In this document: positions 34,628 through 44,692 of the stretch, one piece after another
Layout: every line of letters starts with the position of its first letter
Numbering within the stretch: the stretch's first letter is position 1
From: an uncultured SAR86 cluster bacterium
GTDB taxonomy: Bacteria > Pseudomonadota > Gammaproteobacteria > Magnimaribacterales > D2472
NCBI GenBank assembly: GCA_943788365.1
Contig: CALSPZ010000001.1
Span: 1,070,572 to 1,134,571 of the forward strand
DNA length: 64,000 bases
Direction of reading: 5' to 3'
Made by a program: the position numbers and the translations under genes
Notes under the pieces: model-generated
Database searches by the model: none
Seen by the model: the letters and a program-made list of their open reading frames with translations, nothing else
What the model was told of the DNA's origin: nothing

Positions 34628-35880
34628 TGATAGATGCACCAAATAATTTAACTCGCAATATTCTTTTTGGAATGTTTGCTGGTTTTGTTGTCGGCGCTGT
34701 TTTTTACTACACCAATATTTTTGGAGACCAAATCTCACTATTCTTTGAAAAGTATGTTTTCTTATTGGGAAGCACAATATTTATCAATCTACTGAAGATG
34801 CTAATAGTGCCTTTAATTTTCTTTTCCTTAGTTTCAGGCATTTCTTCTCTTAGCAACTTAAATAGTTTAGGAAAGATTACTGCAAAAACTATTGCGCTAT
34901 ATTTATCAACAACTGCAATAGCTGTCACACTTTCTTTGGCTGTAGGATCACTATTCAAGCCAGGAGCTGGCTACAACTCAGAGATATCTATTGCTCCAGA
35001 AAGCCTTCCTCCAAGTCAAGGCGTATTTGAAACAATAGTAAATATATTTCCTTCAAATATTATTCAAGCTATGGCTAATAATGAAATGCTGGCAGTAGTA
35101 TTCTTCAGCATTTTATTTGGCTTAGCATTAAATAAAACAAATCATCTTACTAATAACTTTAGTCAGTCATTTGAAAAGTTAAATACAGTATTCATGCAAC
35201 TTGTAATTACTATAATTTCATTCGCTCCAATTGGTGTTTTTTGCTTGATAGGCAAGTTTGTAATAGTTGACGGTCTTGATGTTTTTCAAGAAGCTTTTAA
35301 ATACGTAATCCTATTAATACTAGTATTAATACTTCATGTTTTCATAACTTACTCTCTTTTATTAAAGCTTCTAACTTCTATAAATTTAAAAACTTTTTTT
35401 ATAAAAATGAAAGATGTTGCAATCTTTGCTTTTTCAACTTCATCAAGCGCAGCAACAATTCCTGTTACTCTTAAAACAGTTCAGAATGACCTTGGAGTAA
35501 ATAAGAATGTGGCTTCATTTGTTGTTCCTGTGGGAGCCACAATAAATATGGATGGAACCGCTATTATGCAAGGCATGGCAACTATATTTATAGCGCAAAT
35601 GTCAGGTATTGATTTAACTTTAATTCAATATGTTCAGGTAATTATTTTAGCAGTCGTAGCATCCATTGGAGCAGCTGCCGTTCCCTCAGCCGGAACAATA
35701 ACCTTGGTTTTAATTCTTCAACAGTTTGGTTTGCCGCTTGAGGCCATAGGCATTATTCTTGCAGTAGATAGAATTCTTGATATGTTAAGAACTTCTGTAA
35801 ATGTTACAGGTGATGCTGCAGTTGCATGTATTGTTGCTGAATCAGAAGGCTTGTTAGACAAGAAAATATTCAATAAATAG
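34627..35880 (+). CDS. Dicarboxylate/amino acid:cation (Na+/H+) symporter, DAACS family
   Basis: 417 aa. It has the SSSAATIP hairpin HP1 motif and VPVGATINMDGTA (NMDGT), as in GltP/GltT-type transporters. Confidence 0.85.
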   Translation: MIDAPNNLTRNILFGMFAGFVVGAVFYYTNIFGDQISLFFEKYVFLLGSTIFINLLKMLIVPLIFFSLVSGISSLSNLNSLGKITAKTIALYLSTTAIAVTLSLAVGSLFKPGAGYNSEISIAPESLPPSQGVFETIVNIFPSNIIQAMANNEMLAVVFFSILFGLALNKTNHLTNNFSQSFEKLNTVFMQLVITIISFAPIGVFCLIGKFVIVDGLDVFQEAFKYVILLILVLILHVFITYSLLLKLLTSINLKTFFIKMKDVAIFAFSTSSSAATIPVTLKTVQNDLGVNKNVASFVVPVGATINMDGTAIMQGMATIFIAQMSGIDLTLIQYVQVIILAVVASIGAAAVPSAGTITLVLILQQFGLPLEAIGIILAVDRILDMLRTSVNVTGDAAVACIVAESEGLLDKKIFNK

Positions 35881-35952
35881 CTAATTAAATCTCATTTTTC
35901 ATTCTTTTTTTTGATAGAATGCACCATTAATTTTTTTTACTTAGAGGTAAAT

Positions 35953-37953
35953 ATGAACAGTTTGTTGATTGCTCCAATTTTAGGGGTCGTTGGAATGGTT
36001 GTGGCTTTAGTCGTATACCAATTGGTTATGAAGTATCCAGACGGAGAGGATAAGGTCAAAAAAATTGGGGACCAGATTCATAATGGAGCATTGGCATTCA
36101 TGAAAACCGAATATAAATATTTGCTTGTATTTATAGTGGTCCTCGTAATCTTAGCGCAATTATTTTTATCAACAGAATCTGCTATAGCTGTTGTAGTTGG
36201 TGCACTATGCTCATCTTTAGCTGGTTTCATTGGAATGTATGCTGCTACAAAAGCAAATGTAAGAACAGCCACTGCAGCTCAGCAAGACGGAGCAGCAGCA
36301 GCACTATCAGTTTCTTTTTATGGTGGGTCTGTCATGGGCCTATGTGTTGCATCTTTAGGCCTAATTGGTTTAGGTGGCCTTTATTATTTTTTTAATGGAT
36401 ACGAACAGGGCGTTCATGCTTTAGAGGGCTTTGGAATGGGGGCATCAGTAGTTGCTTTATTTTCAAGAGTCGGAGGCGGTATTTTTACTAAAAGTGCAGA
36501 TGTTGGTGCTGATTTAGTTGGAAAAGTTGAGGCAGGAATACCAGAAGATGATCCAAGAAATCCTGGAGTTATTGCAGATAATGTAGGTGATAATGTAGGT
36601 GATGTAGCTGGCATGGGTTCTGATATATTTGAATCATATTGTGGTTCAATGATTGCTTCGATCGCTATTGCATACACAATGGGCAGGACTGATTTAATGA
36701 TGCTACCACTGTTGCTAGCTTCGATTGGCTTATTCGCATCTGTTATTGGTATATTCATTGTTAAACTTCAATCCTCTAAAGCTCCAGCAAGTGCTTTAAG
36801 ATCAGGAACTCTTTTGGCACCTGTTATCTTTATAGCAATGGCTTATTTCTTAATTGATTCTAGAGGGATTGAAACTAATGTTTGGTGGTGTGTTGTGAGT
36901 GGTGCAGTTGGTGGAGTCCTCATAGGGCTAATTACTGAATATTACACAGGTGGAAATCCTGTAAGAAAAATAGCTGAATCTGGAGAAACAGGTTCTGCTA
37001 CCGTTATGATTTCAGGCCTATCCGTAGGAATGCAGTCAGTAGTCATACCTATAATAATTCTTGCAGCCATTATCCTAGCATCTACATCATTAGTTGATGG
37101 TGTTTATGGTGTTGGTATAGCCGCAGTAGGAATGTTAGCAACTGTTGGTATTACAATGGCAATAGATGCTTATGGCCCAGTTGCAGATAATGCAGGCGGC
37201 ATTGCAGAAATGTCAGGAATGGGTAAAGAAGTTCGAGATATAACTGACTCTTTGGACGAGCTTGGAAATACAACAGCTGCAATAGGTAAAGGTTTTGCTA
37301 TTGGTGCTGCTGCGCTTGCAGCATTAGCCATTATATCTGCATATTCAGCTCAAGTTTCTGCTACATATGGGGATGCATTCTCACTTTCACTAGAAAATCC
37401 AATTGTTCTTGTGGGCATGTTCATAGGAATATGCATACCATTTCTTATAGCTTCAATTACCATGACTGCTGTTGGCGATGCGGCTTTTGAAATGATTAAT
37501 GAAATTAGAAGACAGTTTAAAGAAATACCTGGACTAATGGAGGGTCAAGCCGATCCTGATTCTGAAAAATGTGTTGAAATCGCTACTACCGCTGCACTTA
37601 AAAAGATGATGTTACCAGGTGTGATAGCAGTAAGTATGCCTGCAATAGTTGGGTTTGGCTTAGGAGCAATAGCTCTGGGCGGAATGTTAGCTGGTGGCTT
37701 GTTGGGCTGTGTTGCTTTAGCTTTGTTTATGGCTAATGCTGGTGGAGCATGGGATAACGCTAAAAAATATGTTGAAAAAGGGAACTTAGGTGGCAAAGGT
37801 TCTGATACTCACTCAGCTACAGTTGTTGGGGATACAGTTGGAGATCCTTTTAAAGATACATCTGGACCATCAATGAATATTTTAATAAATGTTATGGCAA
37901 TGGTTAGTTTAGTTATTTCAGGTTTATTACCTTTAAACGGTATATTCTTTTAG
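35953..37953 (+). CDS. hppA: Membrane-integral pyrophosphatase, K+-dependent type with Na+-pump-like gate residue
   Basis: Start trimmed to MNSLLIAP behind GAGG. It contains GADLVGKVEAGIPEDDPRNPGVIADNVGDNVGDVAGMGSDIFES, GNTTAAIGKGFAIG and DTVGDPFKDTSGPS. About 16 TM segments. Confidence 0.95.
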   Translation: MNSLLIAPILGVVGMVVALVVYQLVMKYPDGEDKVKKIGDQIHNGALAFMKTEYKYLLVFIVVLVILAQLFLSTESAIAVVVGALCSSLAGFIGMYAATKANVRTATAAQQDGAAAALSVSFYGGSVMGLCVASLGLIGLGGLYYFFNGYEQGVHALEGFGMGASVVALFSRVGGGIFTKSADVGADLVGKVEAGIPEDDPRNPGVIADNVGDNVGDVAGMGSDIFESYCGSMIASIAIAYTMGRTDLMMLPLLLASIGLFASVIGIFIVKLQSSKAPASALRSGTLLAPVIFIAMAYFLIDSRGIETNVWWCVVSGAVGGVLIGLITEYYTGGNPVRKIAESGETGSATVMISGLSVGMQSVVIPIIILAAIILASTSLVDGVYGVGIAAVGMLATVGITMAIDAYGPVADNAGGIAEMSGMGKEVRDITDSLDELGNTTAAIGKGFAIGAAALAALAIISAYSAQVSATYGDAFSLSLENPIVLVGMFIGICIPFLIASITMTAVGDAAFEMINEIRRQFKEIPGLMEGQADPDSEKCVEIATTAALKKMMLPGVIAVSMPAIVGFGLGAIALGGMLAGGLLGCVALALFMANAGGAWDNAKKYVEKGNLGGKGSDTHSATVVGDTVGDPFKDTSGPSMNILINVMAMVSLVISGLLPLNGIFF

Positions 37954-37967
37954 AAATCAAAATTCTT

Positions 37968-38002
37968 ATGGCTTAGGCAGCAAATGTCTAAGCCATCTTT
38001 AT
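37968..38002 (+). terminator. Possible intrinsic terminator after hppA
   Basis: A 9-bp perfect stem ATGGCTTAG / CTAAGCCAT with an 11-nt loop, followed by CTTTAT. The T-run is weak. Confidence 0.4.
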
Positions 38003-38055
38003 AAAAAAGATCAGTCCTTAGTGGAAACATCCATTTATTGCTCTATTATCGAGAT

Positions 38056-38730
38056 ATGAAAGAAAATATTTTAATAATTGGGTTTGGTGATATTGGGCAA
38101 AGGGTTGTTACAAATCTAAATAGCAAAAACTATAACTTTGTTACAGTAAACAGATCATACAATTCTAACAAAACTGAAATCACGCATATCTCTTGGGACT
38201 GGCTGTCAAAAGAAAACCTAAAATTACCTTTTAAAAATTTTAAAAGGATTATTTTTATACCTAAGCCATCAGAGATAACAGAAGAGGGTTATAAAAATGG
38301 CTTCAACAAATCTATAAAAAATATCATGGTATCTCTGAATGATATAACTTACGAATCATTTATAGCCATCTCATCAACCAGGATCTTTGGAAGCAATCAA
38401 TTTGGAATCCTTGATGAGGCTTCATTACCTAAGCCAGATTGCTTCAGAGGAAAAATAATTTTAGAGTATGAAGCATTTCTTAAAAAAAATATTTTAAACA
38501 ATCTAAGCATTCTAAGATTTGGAGGCCTTTATTTATCAGGCACTAAAATACCTGAATTTAACAATAAGCTAGATAGAGATCATGCATCTCAAATCATATG
38601 CTTTTTCATTGAAAATAATTTCGAAGGAATATTTAACTGTACTGAAAATAAAATACTTAATCCCCATGCTCGAAGCGTAAGTGGGGAAAAAATTAATAAT
38701 ACTAATTTTATTATGAGTTCTAATGACTAG
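38056..38730 (+). CDS. Hypothetical NAD(P)-binding Rossmann-fold protein
   Basis: The N-terminal ILIIGFGDIGQRV dinucleotide motif is present. The rest is unassigned. Confidence 0.4.
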   Translation: MKENILIIGFGDIGQRVVTNLNSKNYNFVTVNRSYNSNKTEITHISWDWLSKENLKLPFKNFKRIIFIPKPSEITEEGYKNGFNKSIKNIMVSLNDITYESFIAISSTRIFGSNQFGILDEASLPKPDCFRGKIILEYEAFLKKNILNNLSILRFGGLYLSGTKIPEFNNKLDRDHASQIICFFIENNFEGIFNCTENKILNPHARSVSGEKINNTNFIMSSND

Positions 38731-38763
38731 CCCTAAAATTGATTCCAAAATATAATTATAGTT

Positions 38764-39615
38764 ATGATAACTAGCATGACAGGCTTTGCATCTTCAGAGT
38801 ATGTAGATGGAGATATTCGAATTAATTGTGAAATTAAGACGATCAATCACAGATTTTTAGATGTAACAATAAAGTCCCATGAACTTCCAAGTGACGTGGA
38901 TATCCATATTAGAGAAGCATTATCTAAAAAAATAAAGAGGGGTTCTGTTGATGTAAGGTTTAAAATATCTCAACCTCAAAAAACTTCCTATAAATTTAAT
39001 AAAGACTCTCTTCAAAATCTTTTAGATCTTGTTGCTTCCAATAAAAATTTAAACTCACAAGTGCTTACTTTTGCAGATATTAAAGACGTGCCAGGCATAA
39101 TAAATGCTATCCATAAATCATCAATTAATAAAAAAATCTTAAAAGACATATTTAAGAAAACGTTAGCAGATCTCATTTTGAATAAAAAAGAAGAGGGGGT
39201 AAAGATACAGAAAGTATTTTTGAATAAAATTAATAAAATAAACAAAAATAACTCTTCAATTTCTCTTGGAGCAAAAACTAGTATTAACAAAAGAAATACA
39301 AAGTTTAGGAAAAAAATTAAAGACTATATTACCGATATTGATAAAGAGAGATTAGAACAAGAGGTATCTCTCTTATTGCTTAAGCACGATGTTGCAGAAG
39401 AGCAAGAGCGAATTTCCTTTCACCTCTCTTCATTAGAAAAAGAGTTAAAAGGTAAATTAAGTAAAGGAAAAAAAATTGATTTCATATTGCAAGAGCTATT
39501 TAGAGAAACAAGCACTTTGTCTGTTAAGTTAGACGATCCGGCTCATAAATCAAAAGCATTAGATATGAAACTTTTAGTCGAAGAGATGAGAGAGCAAGCT
39601 CAGAATGCAGAATAA
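38764..39615 (+). CDS. yicC: YicC-family stress-induced protein (endoribonuclease YicC)
   Basis: Contains MTGFASSE...CEIKTINHRFLD and a C-terminal DUF1732 block (EEMREQAQNAE). It sits upstream of gmk as in many Gammaproteobacteria. Confidence 0.85.
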   Translation: MITSMTGFASSEYVDGDIRINCEIKTINHRFLDVTIKSHELPSDVDIHIREALSKKIKRGSVDVRFKISQPQKTSYKFNKDSLQNLLDLVASNKNLNSQVLTFADIKDVPGIINAIHKSSINKKILKDIFKKTLADLILNKKEEGVKIQKVFLNKINKINKNNSSISLGAKTSINKRNTKFRKKIKDYITDIDKERLEQEVSLLLLKHDVAEEQERISFHLSSLEKELKGKLSKGKKIDFILQELFRETSTLSVKLDDPAHKSKALDMKLLVEEMREQAQNAE

Positions 39616-40222
39616 CCATCCTGAGTTATTTATTATTTCAGCTCCATCAGGTGCAGGAAAGTCTACATTAATAAGAAAACTACTTTCTTCAACTAATAAT
39701 TTTGAATTGTCTGTTTCCGCTACAACAAGACCTCCCAGAGATGGTGAGATAAATGGAGTTGATTATCAGTTTATTTCAGAAAATGAATTCAAATCTTTGA
39801 TTAATAAAAATGCATTCATTGAATATGCGAAGGTTCATAATCACAAATATGGAACATTAAAATCTTACATAGATAGAAAATTCATAGAAGGCAAGAGTAT
39901 TATTTTGGATATCGATGTCCAAGGTTTTATGCAAATAAAAGAGTCTAATATTTCAAATACATCTATATTTGTATTGCCGCCAAGCTTTAAAGTGCTTAAG
40001 CAAAGGTTGGAAGACAGACGGTCAGATACGAGAGAGGCAATTGATAAAAGGATGACTAATGCTCGCAAAGAAATTCAATTTTGCGATGAGTATGATTTCA
40101 TTATTGTAAATGATGAGATAGATATAACCATGAAAGCTCTTAAAGAGATAATATTTGAAAAAAGAAATGATTCAGACAAAAATTTAATTGAAAAGATTTT
40201 AATAGATATGTTGTCTTATTAG
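39605..40222 (+). CDS. gmk: Guanylate kinase
   Basis: P-loop SAPSGAGKSTL, TTRPPRDGEINGVDYQF, and the lid region. Confidence 0.9.
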   Translation: MQNNHPELFIISAPSGAGKSTLIRKLLSSTNNFELSVSATTRPPRDGEINGVDYQFISENEFKSLINKNAFIEYAKVHNHKYGTLKSYIDRKFIEGKSIILDIDVQGFMQIKESNISNTSIFVLPPSFKVLKQRLEDRRSDTREAIDKRMTNARKEIQFCDEYDFIIVNDEIDITMKALKEIIFEKRNDSDKNLIEKILIDMLSY

Positions 40223-40259
40223 TGCTTAAGGAATTAGAATACCCACCTAGGAGATAAGT

Positions 40260-40529
40260 ATGGCAAGAATTACAGTAGAAGATTGTTTAGAAAAAATACC
40301 AAGTAGGTTCGATCTAATCATTATGGCATCAAAAAGAGCAAGACAGCTGTCTACAACAAGCAGAGAACCTCTTGTTGAATGGGATAATGACAAGCCAACT
40401 CTTGTTGCCCTAAGAGAGATAGAAGAAGGCCTGATCGATAGAGAGACACTTGATAGAACACTTGAAGAAGATGTTCTGATGGACGGTTTTGCTGCTCCTG
40501 AAGAGGGTGAGGCTGATCCAGCTATATAA
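40260..40529 (+). CDS. rpoZ: DNA-directed RNA polymerase subunit omega
   Basis: [30 protein letters not shown]. Confidence 0.95.
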   Translation: MARITVEDCLEKIPSRFDLIIMASKRARQLSTTSREPLVEWDNDKPTLVALREIEEGLIDRETLDRTLEEDVLMDGFAAPEEGEADPAI

Positions 40530-40550
40530 TAAATCTAAAAGGAGCCAGAT

Positions 40551-42740
40551 TTGACAGAACAAACGCTCCCCAAAAAATCTTTAACCAATTTCTCTGATAA
40601 GGACCTTCTTAAGGTTCCCTCCTACCTATTAGCACCTGTCAAAACATATCTTAAGGCAGTTGAAATAAAAAAAATTCAAAAAGCTTATACATTTGCTTTT
40701 ATAGCCCATGATGGGCAAAAAAGAAAAGATGGCTCTGCGTATATTTCCCACCCAGTTGCTGTCGCAAAAATAATTGCTGAACTTAAAATGGACCATGATT
40801 CAATTTGCGCAGCACTAATGCACGATGTTCTCGAAGATTGCGACGTCCAAAAAACTGTTTTAGAAAAAAACTTTGGTAAAGACGTTGCCAATATAATTGA
40901 TGGGGTAAGTAAGCTTGGAAAAATTAGCATGCAAAATAAGGCTGAAACTAATGCAAATAATTTCCAGAAAATGGCGCTAGCAATGGCAAATGATGTTCGA
41001 GTCATCTTGGTAAAGCTATGCGATAGACTTCATAACATGAGAACAATTGATTTTATGCCTAGGCATAAGCAAATTCTTAAATCTAAAGAGACATTAGAAA
41101 TGTTTGCTCCACTAGCCTTAAGAGTTGGCATGATTGATATTAAAAATGAACTTGAAGATAGAGCTTTTAGATGCCTGCATCCATTAAGGGCTGAAATGCT
41201 AGATTCTGCAATCAAAAAATCCAGCGGCGGAAGAAAAAAAATTATAGAGAAAGTAAGAAAAGAGCTTAAATCAAATTTAAAAAATAATGGTATTGAAACA
41301 GCAGCTGTTAAAGGGAGAGAAAAAAATGCATTTAGTATTTATAATAAAATTAAAACAAAACACAAACCATTTTCAGAAATATTAGACGTTTATGGTTTCA
41401 GAATTTTAGTAGACACTGTTGACGAGTGTTATAGAGCGCTTGGTATTATCCATAATTATTATTCCCCAATAGATAATAGATTTAAAGACTATATTGCAAT
41501 ACCTAAAATGAATGGCTATCAAGCACTTCATACTGGACTTCTAGCCTTAGATGCATTTCCAATAGAAGTTCAAATCCAAACGAGAAGCATGTTTGATACT
41601 GCTAATAGAGGCATTGCTGCTCACTGGGGCTACAAGACATCTGGAGAAGGTGTTGGAACTGAACTAAGAGCAACAAAATGGCTTGCCGGCTTGTTAGATT
41701 TATATAAAGAATCAAAAGATTCATCAGAGTTTGTTGAATCAATAAAAACAGATTTAGAGCCAGAAAGAGTTTTTGTTTTTTCTCCAAAAGGACATATTTT
41801 TGGACTAAAGATAGGCGCCACCCCAATAGATTTTGCATATGCTATTCATAAAGATCTAGGAGATACCATCGTTGGCTGTAAGGTAAATAGAAAAGAAGCT
41901 CCCATAAACGTAGTGCTTGAGAGCGGACAGACGGTTGAAATCATAACCTCAAAAAATAATGTAGTTATTGATCCAGCCTGGCTTAATTTCATAGTAACAA
42001 GTAGAGCTAGAAGTGGAATTAGGGCAAGATTAAGAAAGCAAAAGGTTTCATCAGCAAGAAAAGCTGGAAAAATTATGCTGGAAACTGAGCTTAAACGTTC
42101 AGGTATAAAATTATCAGATTACAAAGGGGCTACATTAAAAAGGGTTCTAGGCTCAATTGGAGTTCCATCTTTAACAAAACTAATGACTGATCTTGGCCTT
42201 GGAAAGAAAACAGGTAATATTGTTGCTCAAAAGTTTTACGAAGGTCTTCAAATAAGAAAAAACTCAGATAACCAAGAGATAAACCCTCTTAGACTGGTTA
42301 ATAAAAAAATTGAGGGCATATCAGTTGTATTTGCAAAATGCTGCAGGCCAATTTTAGGCGATGAAATCATAGCTCATTCTGATACTGAAAGAGGGATAGT
42401 AATACATCATAAGATCTGCCAACAGGTTGTTCCATTTCTAGCAAAAGATGTCAGATATCAACCAGCTCTATGGGATTCTAAAAAAAAGAGTCACTTATAC
42501 ATAGCAAAACTTAAAGTAATTTCTGAAAATAAAGTAGGAGTTCTTTCTGATGTTTTGTCTATATTTACAAGGGAGGGAATAAATGTTGTATTTGTTAATA
42601 CCAATGCCATAGATTCCAAATTTGCAAATATAGAGCTTGAAATTGAAGTCAATGACATAAATCACCTAAATACTTTGATAGATAAAGTTGATGCAAAGAA
42701 ATTTGTTTCTAATTGCTCTAGACAGATCAATGAAGGTTGA
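40551..42740 (+). CDS. spoT: Bifunctional (p)ppGpp synthetase/hydrolase SpoT (RSH family)
   Basis: The TTG start lies 7 nt after AGGAG. It has an HD hydrolase domain (HPVAVA...MHDVLEDC), a RelA/SpoT synthetase domain (YGFRILV...GYQALHT), and TGS and ACT domains. The rpoZ-spoT order is conserved. Confidence 0.9.
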   Translation: MTEQTLPKKSLTNFSDKDLLKVPSYLLAPVKTYLKAVEIKKIQKAYTFAFIAHDGQKRKDGSAYISHPVAVAKIIAELKMDHDSICAALMHDVLEDCDVQKTVLEKNFGKDVANIIDGVSKLGKISMQNKAETNANNFQKMALAMANDVRVILVKLCDRLHNMRTIDFMPRHKQILKSKETLEMFAPLALRVGMIDIKNELEDRAFRCLHPLRAEMLDSAIKKSSGGRKKIIEKVRKELKSNLKNNGIETAAVKGREKNAFSIYNKIKTKHKPFSEILDVYGFRILVDTVDECYRALGIIHNYYSPIDNRFKDYIAIPKMNGYQALHTGLLALDAFPIEVQIQTRSMFDTANRGIAAHWGYKTSGEGVGTELRATKWLAGLLDLYKESKDSSEFVESIKTDLEPERVFVFSPKGHIFGLKIGATPIDFAYAIHKDLGDTIVGCKVNRKEAPINVVLESGQTVEIITSKNNVVIDPAWLNFIVTSRARSGIRARLRKQKVSSARKAGKIMLETELKRSGIKLSDYKGATLKRVLGSIGVPSLTKLMTDLGLGKKTGNIVAQKFYEGLQIRKNSDNQEINPLRLVNKKIEGISVVFAKCCRPILGDEIIAHSDTERGIVIHHKICQQVVPFLAKDVRYQPALWDSKKKSHLYIAKLKVISENKVGVLSDVLSIFTREGINVVFVNTNAIDSKFANIELEIEVNDINHLNTLIDKVDAKKFVSNCSRQINEG

Positions 42741-42812
42741 TAAAAGAAATATCTTCTATTAATTAATGTATTATGCTCAAATATTTAAGTACTTTTTTCT
42801 GGAGAATGCCTT

Positions 42813-43199
42813 ATGGCAAAGAAGATAATCTACACTGAGAATGCGCCCAAGGCTATTGGCCCATATTCACAAGGGGTTCTTGCTGGAGATTTTTTATATA
42901 TCTCAGGCCAGGTCCCCATAAATCCTTCAAACGGAGATGTTCTTAAAGATTCAATTGGGATGCAAACAAATCAAGTTATCAGCAATATTGAAAGTATATG
43001 TTTAGAAGCTGGGTGCGGACTATCAGATATTGTAAAAATAACTATTTACTTAACGGATCTTGGAGATTTTGCTGAAGTTAATAAGGTTATGGTTGAAAGA
43101 TTTAGTGAGCCTTACCCAGCTAGAGCAACAATAGAAATTTCAGCATTACCTCTTGGGGTTAATGTTGAAATAGATGCAGTGGTATATACGAATGATTAA
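42813..43199 (+). CDS. ridA: Reactive intermediate/imine deaminase RidA
   Basis: APKAIGPYSQGV...ISGQVPINP...PARATIEISALPLGVNVEIDAV. Confidence 0.9.
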   Translation: MAKKIIYTENAPKAIGPYSQGVLAGDFLYISGQVPINPSNGDVLKDSIGMQTNQVISNIESICLEAGCGLSDIVKITIYLTDLGDFAEVNKVMVERFSEPYPARATIEISALPLGVNVEIDAVVYTND

Positions 43200-44100
43200 A
43201 AATTTACTTAGCCTAAATGATCTAACTAAAGATGAATTAATCTCTTTATTGGACTTTGCTGAAAACTTTATTGACGCAGATGGTAAATTTAAAAAAGATA
43301 ATTTATTTCCAGATAAAACAATAGCAAATATATTTTTTGAACCAAGCACCAGAACTAAATGTTCTTTTGATATAGCTGGAAAAAATTTGGGATGCTCAGT
43401 TGTTGACTTTAATTCTGAAAATTCTTCTGTTTCAAAGGGCGAATCAATTTATCAAACAGTTGATGCATTGTCATTAATGGGTGTTGATTTATGTGTTTTA
43501 AGGCATCCTAACTCAGTAATATCAGAACTTGCAGAATACTTGCCAGAGATGGTTTTTATTAATGCTGGAGAAGGATCCACAGCTCATCCAACACAAACAT
43601 TAATTGATCTTATGACAATAAGGCAGTTAAAGGGCTCTATTGATAATCTTAAAATAACAATAGTAGGTGACCTAGATCACTCAAGAGTTGTGAAATCATT
43701 TGTTGAAGGGGTTTCTAATTTTTCTATTGAATCTCTAACCTTCTCTGGACACCCAAGTATGTGCTCAAACTATATGGATCCAGTTATTGGTTCGTACGAG
43801 CCTAACTTAGACATAGCAGTTACTGATGCAGATGTTGTGATGGCTCTTAGAATTCAGCATGAGAGATTTGAAACTGATATGAGCCTTGACCTTGATGAAT
43901 ACAAACACTTATATCAACTAACCACAGAGAGAATATCTATGGCCAAAGGAGATGCAATTATCATGCATCCCGGTCCCGTAAATATGGATATTGAGATCTC
44001 AGAAACAGCATATCAATCTGAGAATTCAGTTATTAGAAATCAAGTTGCAAATGGTGTTGCTATGAGAATGGCGGTCTTAGCTAGATTTTTGAGCCAATAA
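43192..44100 (+). CDS. pyrB: Aspartate carbamoyltransferase catalytic subunit
   Basis: Start trimmed to MIKNLLSLNDL (ATG overlaps the ridA stop). Contains FEPSTRTKCSF, HPTQTLIDL and HPGPVN. Confidence 0.9.
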   Translation: MIKNLLSLNDLTKDELISLLDFAENFIDADGKFKKDNLFPDKTIANIFFEPSTRTKCSFDIAGKNLGCSVVDFNSENSSVSKGESIYQTVDALSLMGVDLCVLRHPNSVISELAEYLPEMVFINAGEGSTAHPTQTLIDLMTIRQLKGSIDNLKITIVGDLDHSRVVKSFVEGVSNFSIESLTFSGHPSMCSNYMDPVIGSYEPNLDIAVTDADVVMALRIQHERFETDMSLDLDEYKHLYQLTTERISMAKGDAIIMHPGPVNMDIEISETAYQSENSVIRNQVANGVAMRMAVLARFLSQ

Positions 44101-44691
44101 AACTTTTTTTACCGTATCAACAATAGCAATTGTATTCTGATCAATCTCTATATTTACAAGATCTTGTAAATCTAACTCATTAATATTTGTTATTTTAAGA
44201 GTCTCAGGTATTAGATGTATATAAAAACTATTATCAACAATTTTGCCTAAAGTAAGACTACATCCATTAATTCCTATATATCCTTTCTCCATGAGGTAGG
44301 GCAAATATTTATCTGAAATTTCTATCAATATATCTTTTGAATTTTTTCTTATATCAGTTTTTATAACTTTTCCTGTGCAATGAATATGTCCAGACATTAA
44401 ATGCCCACCAATTTCTGAAGAAGCTTTTATTGATCTTTCAAGGTTTACTTCATCTCCAATGGCCATTTCAGAAAATTTTGTTCTGTTTATTGTTTCACCA
44501 ACAATATCAAACTTTAATGCATTATCTCCATTGTCCTTGGATGTTAGGCAAACTCCATCAATAGATATACTTGCACCATTTTCTAAATTCTCATTAAATC
44601 CCTTAGGGCAATAAACTTCTATGCTAAAAATATCTCCATGATTATCAATTTTAGAAATTCTCCCTTTACATTCAACTATCCCAGAAAACAT
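44077..44691 (-). CDS. ribE: Riboflavin synthase
   Basis: MFSGIVECKGRI...NGASISIDGVCLT / INGCSLTLG, the duplicated lumazine-binding repeat. Confidence 0.9.
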   Translation of the reverse strand: MFSGIVECKGRISKIDNHGDIFSIEVYCPKGFNENLENGASISIDGVCLTSKDNGDNALKFDIVGETINRTKFSEMAIGDEVNLERSIKASSEIGGHLMSGHIHCTGKVIKTDIRKNSKDILIEISDKYLPYLMEKGYIGINGCSLTLGKIVDNSFYIHLIPETLKITNINELDLQDLVNIEIDQNTIAIVDTVKKVLLAQKSS

Positions 44692-44692
44692 C

